IMG/VR virus record: IMGVR_UViG_3300035491_000271
Span: 820-64,819 of that record
Direction: 5' to 3' (one strand)
Length of the DNA: 64,000 bases
From: a virus
Shown in pieces: positions 1 through 8,167 of this stretch. The notes beneath the pieces were generated by a model that did no database searches, was not told the origin of the DNA, and was given only the letters and a program-made list of their open reading frames with translations. Made by a program: the position numbers and the translations under genes. Every line of letters begins with the position of its first letter. Position 1 is the stretch's first letter.

Positions 1-16
1 AAATCGGTCTAATCTG

Positions 17-51
17 CATAAGGGAGGAGCCGATCGGCTCCTCCCGTTATG
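17..51. repeat. GC-rich hairpin with CATA...TATG foot (terminator-like)
   Basis: CATA AGGGAGGAGCC GATC GGCTCCTCCCGT TATG directly after the stop of 53..1465. Confidence 0.6.
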
Positions 52-52
52 T

Positions 53-1465
53 TTAGCGGTTGATGGCGACGTAGGCCTTCATCTGCTCTTCGAGCACGCT
101 GGTGGTCGAGTTGATCAGACGCAGGTACGGTGCACGGCAGGTCTCGGTGTGGTAGTACGCCTTGTCCAGGAAGGTGAACATCGACGTGCAGGCGATATCC
201 AGCGCGCGCCACAGTTCGTTGGTCATGTGAGCGAACTCCATGTTAACGACCATGCTCCACAGCTTGTCGTAACATTCGTTGGCCTCACGCCAAGCGACTG
301 ACAGCTCGTTGTAGTAGTCGTAGTTGAAGGTCTTCTCACGCTCAACGGCGTCGACGACGACATCCAGGATCGAGATCAGACGCTTGAGGTCATCGGCCTG
401 GCCACTGGTACGGCCGGTACGGCGATACTTCACCCCCAGTTGGTTCGGCTCCATCAGGTTAACCAGATCCATGATCCAATCAACATCACGGTAACGTGAA
501 CGATAGCCCATGGAACCGTCAACGAAGGTCATGCCGGCGATCTCGCGACCATTGGCCACCGCTTTGCTGACTGGGAGTTCCTTGGTCAGCTCCTTGTACA
601 GACCCTTCAGCTGCTCTTCAGCAGTGATGCCGTCACGAGCAACCAGGACACCAGCCAGCACGTCAGCTACCGCCGAGGAACGCTTGACAGCATCCGTGGC
701 GAGGTTGTCGACCCCATAGACGAGGAGTTTATACGCTTCGTCGAAGGCCTTCTTCAGTTCGGATTCGGTGAAGTCTACCGGCTTGTTGTCCATGGAGAAC
801 ACCGAGGTCCAGGCAGCGTCGTAACGGATTGGTTTGGCCGGGATGCCGTAGTCTTCGGGCATCTTTTCCATGCGTGCTTGCAGGGCGGTGATACGCTTGA
901 CCATGACTTCGCGATACACCGCGCCACGGCGGGCATTGATGGCCATGTTCTCGAACTTTTCCTTGACCCACTTCTTCAGCTTGGCGAAGGCGTTCTTGAT
1001 GAAGTCAGTCAGGCCTTCCATCGAAGCGGTGGTCAGCTTACCATCTTCGACTTCAATGTTCGGGACTTGTTCGCCAGCTTGCAATGCGATAGCGCCCATG
1101 GCATTTTCCGCCATCTCAGCCGTGTTGTCATCGATGCTTTCCATCGACACCAGCACGCTCAGCATTTCCATGGAACTGATCACGGTGGAGACCGCTTCTT
1201 GTACCTGTGCGATCTCGCCACGCAGCGCTGCGTGTTCTTGTTCGTTACGTTCGAAGTATTCTTCGGCAACCTGACGTTGAGCGTCTTCGTCGTTGTAACG
1301 TTCGTCCTTCATGTGTTCCAGGACGTCTTGCTGAATCTGATCGGCACTGATCACGGTCAGGCTTTCAACTGGACTGTCGAGTTCAGTGTTGGAGGTTACA
1401 GGCGCGTTCAGGTCTTTCAGATCGCTGAGCGATGCAGCGAGGAGGGATTCGAGGCTGGATTTCAT
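53..1465 (-). CDS. Virion internal head (inner body/ejection) protein, phiKZ gp93-97 paralog family
   Basis: 470 aa. Acidic N-terminal propeptide with several S-x-E sites (SLES, SMES, SMEG) matching the phiKZ head-protease S/A/G-x-E motif. Third gene of a tandem paralog run. Confidence 0.75.
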   Translation of the reverse strand: MKSSLESLLAASLSDLKDLNAPVTSNTELDSPVESLTVISADQIQQDVLEHMKDERYNDEDAQRQVAEEYFERNEQEHAALRGEIAQVQEAVSTVISSMEMLSVLVSMESIDDNTAEMAENAMGAIALQAGEQVPNIEVEDGKLTTASMEGLTDFIKNAFAKLKKWVKEKFENMAINARRGAVYREVMVKRITALQARMEKMPEDYGIPAKPIRYDAAWTSVFSMDNKPVDFTESELKKAFDEAYKLLVYGVDNLATDAVKRSSAVADVLAGVLVARDGITAEEQLKGLYKELTKELPVSKAVANGREIAGMTFVDGSMGYRSRYRDVDWIMDLVNLMEPNQLGVKYRRTGRTSGQADDLKRLISILDVVVDAVEREKTFNYDYYNELSVAWREANECYDKLWSMVVNMEFAHMTNELWRALDIACTSMFTFLDKAYYHTETCRAPYLRLINSTTSVLEEQMKAYVAINR

Positions 1466-1474
1466 GGCAAAACC

Positions 1475-2782
1475 TTAATGGGAAGTGTTGAGGGATTTGC
1501 GACCATAGGTCAGCAGGTGGCGTGAGACTGTCAGCAAGTTGGTGGTCATCTGGTCGACAGGACCGGTGGCCCAACTGGCGTAATTACGAACAAAGCGCAG
1601 GACGCTGATGTCGTAGTTATCGCCATTACTGGCAGTACGGTTCTGATAGGACTCGCCGGCGCGCAGTACCGACTTGATCTGACTCTCAATACGGTTGAGT
1701 TTCATGACCTTTTCTTGCGATTCGATCAGGTCGAGAATCTCAATCACGCGGCGGGCAATGGTCTCTACCTGCTGCCCAGAGGCGGTCTTGGCGGTGCCCG
1801 ACAATACGTTGCTCTGATTAACGTTGGTCAGGGCAAACTTGACACCGGTGGTGCGCACGGCCGCCGCAAAACCAAGTGGGTCGGTTTCAGCAAGGGCGCG
1901 CTGTTCGTTCTCAAGGGTCAGGAAGTACAGATTCCATCCACCGATGATGGGCGGTGCTGCCATGGTCAGGCGACGACCAAAGCGAGGATCGCGGTAGACC
2001 ATGGCCTTAAGCTGACTGGCCAGGCGCTCCACTGGGATTTGCGTGAACAGCTGAGAGACTTCCTTAAGCTTCTCAACCCCAGTGTCAGAATCCTGCAGTA
2101 ACCGCTCGAACTTCTGACCGACATCGATCATGCCAGAGCCATAGAGGTTGGTCACGATACGGTATTGGTCCAATGCTGCACTGACCGAGCGGATCAGGGC
2201 GTCAGGATCGGTAACGACGTTATCACCGACGACGAACGATTTGATCTCCATGCCCAGTTGGACGGTGGGGTGGCGAACTGTGGTGATGCGCCGGGCCGAG
2301 GCATGTTTGGCCAAATGTTCAGCACTCATCCGCAATTGTCCACGGAAGGTGGTGATACGAACCCAGAACTCCTTAAGAAACCTAAGGACTGCCAAGACCG
2401 CGGCGACCAGACGGGTCCATAGCGACTTCATGCGGTCTTTCAGAGACTCGGTGGAAACCACCCCCATCTCGTGCTCTTGTAAGCTCGGCAGCAGGTCATT
2501 GACACTGATGCCAGAACTACCTACCAGGTTCTCAAAACTGATCACTACAGCCCGTTTGTGGGCCTCTGAGGCGATCTCGTTGGTGTCAAGATGAGCGATC
2601 AAGCTCTCCAAGGAATCGGTTGCATCGAGCAGCGATTCCAGTTGGGCGCGGGCGTTAGACAGGTCACGCTCGGCTTCAAGGACGTCAACGAATCCCTCAC
2701 TTTCATTACCTGTGGCATCAGGCAGTTCTTCTTCAGACATAGCGAATGCTCGTAAAAAGGGATGGAGTGTGTAATTCACCAT
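1475..2782 (-). CDS. Virion internal head protein, phiKZ gp93-97 paralog family
   Basis: 435 aa. Acidic propeptide with SLES, SFEN and STES sites, followed by the family-typical 'LKDRMKSLWTRLVAAV' helix. Confidence 0.75.
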   Translation of the reverse strand: MVNYTLHPFLRAFAMSEEELPDATGNESEGFVDVLEAERDLSNARAQLESLLDATDSLESLIAHLDTNEIASEAHKRAVVISFENLVGSSGISVNDLLPSLQEHEMGVVSTESLKDRMKSLWTRLVAAVLAVLRFLKEFWVRITTFRGQLRMSAEHLAKHASARRITTVRHPTVQLGMEIKSFVVGDNVVTDPDALIRSVSAALDQYRIVTNLYGSGMIDVGQKFERLLQDSDTGVEKLKEVSQLFTQIPVERLASQLKAMVYRDPRFGRRLTMAAPPIIGGWNLYFLTLENEQRALAETDPLGFAAAVRTTGVKFALTNVNQSNVLSGTAKTASGQQVETIARRVIEILDLIESQEKVMKLNRIESQIKSVLRAGESYQNRTASNGDNYDISVLRFVRNYASWATGPVDQMTTNLLTVSRHLLTYGRKSLNTSH

Positions 2783-2802
2783 AGAATTCGGACATTCAAC
2801 AT

Positions 2803-2840
2803 AAAAAAAAACACCTACCCGACCTAAGCCGGGTAGGTGT
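2803..2840 (-). terminator. Intrinsic terminator
   Basis: 11 bp stem ACACCTACCCG/CGGGTAGGTGT followed on the minus strand by a long T run, downstream of 2862..4160. Confidence 0.8.
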
Positions 2841-2861
2841 TCACCTTACGCTGAAAGAGGA

Positions 2862-4160
2862 TTAGGCTTCGGCTGCGGCCTTCTCTTCTTTCTTGGCAGC
2901 CTTACCGTACTGCTTCAGGACCTGAGTACCGACCGAGGCAGCGGCTTTGGCAGCGGTGCCCATGAAGGACAGGTACTGGTGCGAGCAGCCAGTGGTCAGA
3001 CGGGCAGCCTTGTTCAGCTTGGCCAGGATGGCTTTGGCGGCAGCGACTTCGTCTTTTTCCAGGGTATCGCCGGAAGCGACGAGTTTGTTACCGGCCTTGA
3101 CCACGTCGTTGATGCCTTTTTCGGCAGCAGCGGCAACGGACTTGGCAGCAACCAGGTTCTTGCCGATCATGATGATCTGGTCGGCCGCCCGCTCGACCGC
3201 TTCAACCGTAGGCACCTCGAAATTGGCGGTCTTGACGACCTTGCTCTTGTCCTGGGACAGCTTCAGGGACGCCTTGGTCAGGACTTCGAGGGCATCGCCG
3301 GATTCCGGAGCGTTCAGATCGAAGTAGAAGCCACCGGGCAGTTTGCCCTTCATGTCGTCAACCAGAGCGGCGTTCAGGTCAACCTTGGCGGCCGCTTCCT
3401 TCAGACGATCCGGATGAACTTCACCCTTGTAGACCGCTTGGATCAGGGGGCTCAGGCCAGCAACGACCTTATTGGTGTACTGCTTGACGCCGACCTCGTA
3501 GCCATGGTTGATGGCGCTGAGCGCACCAGACATGTCCAGCTTACCGTCGACCACCAGGTGGTTCATACCGGTCATCAGGCTGACCTTGACGCGGACCGGC
3601 TTCAGGCCTTTGGCGGCCTGAGCGCGCTTCTTCAGCGACTGACCGGCAGCGATCACGGCCGGGCCGGATTTGCCGATGGTGGCGAAGAACTGCTTGACAG
3701 CGTTCCAGGCAGACTGGACAGCATTGCGAATGGCGTCCCAAATCTTGGACAGCAGCTGCTTGACGTTTTCCAGCGCTTCTTGGGAAGCAACCAGCTTGTC
3801 GCCAGTGCCGCCGAAGGATTCGGTGGAGACGGTGAAGTCTGCGGCGTTGATCGGTAGCTTGCGGGTGGCGATGGCCAGGGCGCGGCTGTGCATGTCAGCA
3901 GCTTGCGGACCCATGCCGCCGTCAGCAATGAAGCTTTCCAGCGAGGACACCAGGCTTTCCAGGCTCTCGCCGGCTTCGGCCAGTTCTTCGACGGCGTCGT
4001 CATGCTCGTCGACGCTGGCTTCGTCGCCACGCACTTCTTCGAGGATTTCGTCGACGGCGACGATGGTTTCTTCGGTAACCGGGTTGATTTCCTGGTTATC
4101 GGTCAGGTCAGCCGATTCCATGGAAATGTTCAGAGCGCTTTGCAGGATCGAGTTACGCAT
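2862..4160 (-). CDS. Abundant internal head protein (phiKZ gp93-like)
   Basis: 432 aa, Ala/Lys-rich. SMES/SLES/STES/SQEA cleavage-type sites before 'VKQLLSKIWDAIRNAV'. Strong codon bias suggests high expression. Confidence 0.75.
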   Translation of the reverse strand: MRNSILQSALNISMESADLTDNQEINPVTEETIVAVDEILEEVRGDEASVDEHDDAVEELAEAGESLESLVSSLESFIADGGMGPQAADMHSRALAIATRKLPINAADFTVSTESFGGTGDKLVASQEALENVKQLLSKIWDAIRNAVQSAWNAVKQFFATIGKSGPAVIAAGQSLKKRAQAAKGLKPVRVKVSLMTGMNHLVVDGKLDMSGALSAINHGYEVGVKQYTNKVVAGLSPLIQAVYKGEVHPDRLKEAAAKVDLNAALVDDMKGKLPGGFYFDLNAPESGDALEVLTKASLKLSQDKSKVVKTANFEVPTVEAVERAADQIIMIGKNLVAAKSVAAAAEKGINDVVKAGNKLVASGDTLEKDEVAAAKAILAKLNKAARLTTGCSHQYLSFMGTAAKAAASVGTQVLKQYGKAAKKEEKAAAEA

Positions 4161-4262
4161 TGAGGTATTGCTCCACTTGTTTGCAAACAGAAGAAAGAGG
4201 TGCGGATGAACCTAGGCATTCTACACCTCTGCACACCATAGGGTGTTTTTTGATCCAAGGAT

Positions 4263-4793
4263 TTAGAGCGCCTTGGAATGTTCGTGCCAGTTCTCTGGCA
4301 AGCTACCGGCAATCAGGTACAAAGACTGCACCAAATCAGTCAAACCGTCTTCACGGCTCAACCAGCAGCTAAGGATGTCGCCTGGGGTGGCGGTGAAGAA
4401 ACCGGTCAGATCATGATCGCGAATGAGTTGATCTGCATTGCGTTCAATGACGTCCTTCGGATGGAACACCAGAAGGTCACGGTAATTCTCCAGCGCCATG
4501 CGCCGCGGACCATCGCCTTTGATGAAGGCCAGGGTCGACAGAGTGAAATCCAGAACCCAGCGCGAGCAAGGAGTCTTGACTTGCTGGATCAGGATGAACT
4601 TGCCGTTGCGGGTGAACAGTACTTGACGAGCTGCTTGCAGCACTTCTTGCAGGTACTCAAAGTCCTCTGCAAAATCGTGCGTGGTTTCCATACGATGGTA
4701 GAGTCGATCCACCAGCGGTAGGTCCACATAGCCTTGCGGGTGCGCCGAGTGCGTGTCCACCGAGAACCCACGATGAGTTTTCAGATGGCTCAT
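4263..4793 (-). CDS. Conserved hypothetical protein in the virion gene block
   Basis: 176 aa, tightly packed between structural genes on the same strand. Confidence 0.65.
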   Translation of the reverse strand: MSHLKTHRGFSVDTHSAHPQGYVDLPLVDRLYHRMETTHDFAEDFEYLQEVLQAARQVLFTRNGKFILIQQVKTPCSRWVLDFTLSTLAFIKGDGPRRMALENYRDLLVFHPKDVIERNADQLIRDHDLTGFFTATPGDILSCWLSREDGLTDLVQSLYLIAGSLPENWHEHSKAL

Positions 4794-4796
4794 GCC

Positions 4797-5699
4797 TTAT
4801 CGCTCCTGCTGACCGGCGTACTTCTCTTGCATCTTGGCAAGCTTTTCCGCTGTCTTGTTGAGGTACTGTTCGTACTTCTCGATGGTGCGTTCGAGCTGGG
4901 CATCGTTCTTACCCTCGGCCTGCAGACGCAGTTGTTCCAGACGCAGCTGGATAGAACGGGCATCTTCCTTGAGACGCTCGTACTTGGCCACCTGCAACTG
5001 GGCAAACCAGATACCGACTGCCAGTGCCACGTGCGTCACACCCGGAATGAAGTTGTTCTTCAGCGGATCGAGCTTGGTGTAGCCGACCTGCGGAACGATC
5101 ACTTTCTCATCGTCTTCAGCAATGACGATATCCGGGATGGATTCGATCAGAGACGCCAGTTCACGACTCGGTCGTGCAAAGGTGGCCAGCAGGGTCATGA
5201 AGGCCTTCTGGTTATCACGCAACCAGGCCAGTTCCGGCTTGGGACGTTCCTGACCTTCGGGATGTTCCTTAGACACGACTGACGCTTCAGCCACCAGCAG
5301 GTAATGCAGCAGTTGCATCGAATACGAGACGACGAAGTCCATGTACCCGATGGTGCGCAGCAGTTCGGCGCGCTTGTAGGTGATGCCTTCGATGACGATG
5401 TCCTGGCCGTAGCTCTTCTCGGCAATAGTCGAGAGCAACTCGGTGGTCACGGCCATATTGGACAACACCTGACGGATGTAGCCAAAGACGCTGAGTTTCG
5501 GTGGTAGACGAGTGGCCTTGTTCAGGTCAGACTCGAACTGCTTCCCGGCCTTGGACTTGAAGGAGGTCACTGTGCTCTCAGCGTTCATGAACGCCTCGAT
5601 GGCCTTTTGCAGTGCCTGAGTGTAGACCCGGATGTTCTGTTTCAGTTCATCCTTGGTCAGGGACGTCGCCATGCGGCGAAGGTATTCGAGGATACGCAT
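4797..5699 (-). CDS. Virion structural protein (phiKZ gp90-like)
   Basis: 300 aa with a C-terminal coiled coil. Assigned by synteny. Confidence 0.6.
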   Translation of the reverse strand: MRILEYLRRMATSLTKDELKQNIRVYTQALQKAIEAFMNAESTVTSFKSKAGKQFESDLNKATRLPPKLSVFGYIRQVLSNMAVTTELLSTIAEKSYGQDIVIEGITYKRAELLRTIGYMDFVVSYSMQLLHYLLVAEASVVSKEHPEGQERPKPELAWLRDNQKAFMTLLATFARPSRELASLIESIPDIVIAEDDEKVIVPQVGYTKLDPLKNNFIPGVTHVALAVGIWFAQLQVAKYERLKEDARSIQLRLEQLRLQAEGKNDAQLERTIEKYEQYLNKTAEKLAKMQEKYAGQQER

Positions 5700-5728
5700 T
5701 TTCAGTAGTTCCTTGGGGTGAGGGTAAA

Positions 5729-6994
5729 TCAGATACGGCCGGGTGCTTTGCCGAGCTGATAGGACTTGAGGATGTCCATCAGTTCTTTACTGTCCGACTT
5801 GCCAGCCGACTTGATGTCGTTCTTGGTCAGCTTGGTCGGCATTTCGATGCCACGGGTGTAGATGGTCACCGATTCCCAGTCCGGATCTACCACCACCATC
5901 AGCATGCTGAAGGTATGGCCGAAAATGCCCTGACGGGTCTTGAAGTTGTCGAGCGAGCCGCTAATGCGACGCTCCAGGTCTTTGGCAGTCTTGATGTCCA
6001 TGACAATGATCGACGAGGCAGTCGACAGTGATGGACCACCGGCCAGCGCTTGAGCAGCACCGTTTTTGGCAGCGCGGTTGTAGACGGTCTTGTAGTAGCC
6101 GGTCTCGTCGTTCATCATGGCAGCGCGGTGCGCATCGACGCGATCCATGGCCAGTACGAAGTCAGCCCAGAACTTGATCTCACCGGCGCGCCAGGCTCTC
6201 CAGCGACTGCGGAACGTGGCATCACGGCCACCCACAGCGAGGGTTTCAGTCATGACGTCAGACGGCATGCCAGCGACCCGCAACCGGATAGTTACAGGGA
6301 CGACAGCTTCTTTGCCATCTTCGCTGATGGTTACATCGATGACATTACCTACTGCAAGGTTGTTGATCTTCTCAACATACTTGGCGGCGGAGTTAACACC
6401 AGGACCATTTTTGGCAGCGGCTTTACGAGCTTCTTCTTCAGCCGCCTTTTTGGCAGCGGCTTCATCTTCCGGGTAAACGATGTCGTTGCTGATAGATTCC
6501 ATCGCTGCCTGTTCAGCGATGATCTCATCAATGAATGGCAGACCAAACGACTCGGACTGTGTCATCGATTCCATCGAGGTCAGCATGGTCATGGTGGCGT
6601 CGTTCAGATCACGATCCGTAGCGAACTTATCCAGACGACGACCGACGGAAACACCATTGATTTTGGCGTCGAGAGAGACGGCAAGTAACCAGTAACCAGT
6701 GAACATGTTGTACGCTGTATGGACCACGTCCTGGATGAACGGAATGTTCACGGCGCGCTTGTCCATCAGCATAATGGGCTCAACACGTGCAGATTGTGTG
6801 AAGCGAACCAGGTCTCCGGCTTGACGAAGTGCCAACATTTCTTTGGCAGTCTTGATGGCTGTGGTACCACCATCCTCGGATACTTTAGTCAGCAATTGCT
6901 TGACAATAGCCCCACCGAGCGTGGCCAGCAGTGAGCCACCGATAGCGACCAGCGGGAGCGCCTCCTGGGAGACAACTTTTTTGTTCATGAACAA
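5729..6994 (-). CDS. Virion structural protein (phiKZ gp89-like)
   Basis: 421 aa with SQE and SME sites. Synteny: divergent from the baseplate pair. Confidence 0.6.
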   Translation of the reverse strand: MFMNKKVVSQEALPLVAIGGSLLATLGGAIVKQLLTKVSEDGGTTAIKTAKEMLALRQAGDLVRFTQSARVEPIMLMDKRAVNIPFIQDVVHTAYNMFTGYWLLAVSLDAKINGVSVGRRLDKFATDRDLNDATMTMLTSMESMTQSESFGLPFIDEIIAEQAAMESISNDIVYPEDEAAAKKAAEEEARKAAAKNGPGVNSAAKYVEKINNLAVGNVIDVTISEDGKEAVVPVTIRLRVAGMPSDVMTETLAVGGRDATFRSRWRAWRAGEIKFWADFVLAMDRVDAHRAAMMNDETGYYKTVYNRAAKNGAAQALAGGPSLSTASSIIVMDIKTAKDLERRISGSLDNFKTRQGIFGHTFSMLMVVVDPDWESVTIYTRGIEMPTKLTKNDIKSAGKSDSKELMDILKSYQLGKAPGRI

Positions 6995-7021
6995 TTTCCT
7001 TCATTAAAGGCGTGGAGCAAA

Positions 7022-8167
7022 ATGAGCGAGGAATTCAAACTAATGAAACAGGTGCTTGACGTGATCGCCAAGCACGGAGGTTTCGACAGTGATGATGCTG
7101 TGATGCGACGGCTGACTCGTGAGCAGGGAACCGGTGCACTGGGTGCTCGCTTCCACGATCTGCTTGGAGGATACAATCGCACACAGCAAGGAACTGCAGT
7201 GCCTGCAAACACAGACATGCAGGGGCTTACGTTTTTCACACGCCCGAATTTGAACCTGTCATACGATAACGTGATGGCAGTGCGTCAATTGTCCGTTTTG
7301 GCCAGTGATAACCCTCGATCGTACAGTCGAATCATCCGACGAATGCTCTGGCCGGACAGTATCTATTCAGATATTCGTAACGACAATCTGATCTTTGATA
7401 ACCGTCAAGCGTTTATGCCGCTCCTCTCCAATGCCCTGACGAACATGTCAGGTTGGCCAGATTTGACCCTGCATGCCTACAGTTCTAGTGAAGGCATGGC
7501 AAAGGAAGTCTGGATGATGAACGACAGCATTGCCGAGATCAACGGTCGATTTGACCTTGACTGCACCTTCGAAAATACCCTAGGCGATCCTATATCATTG
7601 ACGCTGTTTGCGTGGTTGCTCTATATCGGCGGTGTCTACATGGGCACCAAGATTCAACCTGCCGGTTACAGCATCGTGCAAAATGAGATCGACTACATGA
7701 CCCGCATCTACCGCTTCTCAATGGATTGGTCGGGACGGTTTATTCAAAAATGGGCGGCATGTGGGGCGGCGTTTCCAACCGGTCTGTCCATGGGTACGTC
7801 GTTTAACTACTCTCGCGACAATCCGTATAACGAAGCAAACAAATCCGTGCAGGCTTCTTTTGCCTGTACCATTGCCGAGTACAATGACCCGATCACCTTG
7901 TGGGAATTTAACAAGCTGGTGGTCATGTTCAACCCTGAGATGGGTGACGGTATTCGGGAAAAGAACATGGTTATGATTACGCCAGAGGAACGCAAGCTCT
8001 TTAACTACAAAGGCTTTCCATGGATCAACCTGATGGGTAGTAACGAGCTGGAATGGTGGGTAGATCGAAACGAATATGTCGCGGTCACCAAAGGTCAGTT
8101 GCGTGAAGGTACCCAGCTTCAGGCGATCAATACCACCGGCGATAATCTCAACCAGATGACGGTTTAA
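7022..8167 (+). CDS. Virion structural protein, probable baseplate/tube-initiator type (phiKZ gp88-like)
   Basis: 381 aa, beta-rich, with an 'FFTRPNLNL' motif. Directly upstream of the large baseplate gene. Confidence 0.55.
   Translation: MSEEFKLMKQVLDVIAKHGGFDSDDAVMRRLTREQGTGALGARFHDLLGGYNRTQQGTAVPANTDMQGLTFFTRPNLNLSYDNVMAVRQLSVLASDNPRSYSRIIRRMLWPDSIYSDIRNDNLIFDNRQAFMPLLSNALTNMSGWPDLTLHAYSSSEGMAKEVWMMNDSIAEINGRFDLDCTFENTLGDPISLTLFAWLLYIGGVYMGTKIQPAGYSIVQNEIDYMTRIYRFSMDWSGRFIQKWAACGAAFPTGLSMGTSFNYSRDNPYNEANKSVQASFACTIAEYNDPITLWEFNKLVVMFNPEMGDGIREKNMVMITPEERKLFNYKGFPWINLMGSNELEWWVDRNEYVAVTKGQLREGTQLQAINTTGDNLNQMTV

Noticed and set aside
2979-3857. 292 aa plus-strand ORF (similar cases at 878..1525, 12743..13759, 34711..35517, 37534..38409, 42648..43562, 45667..46581, 47046..48002, 50056..51045)
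   Set aside because: All lie fully antisense to well-supported genes; these are typical shadow ORFs.
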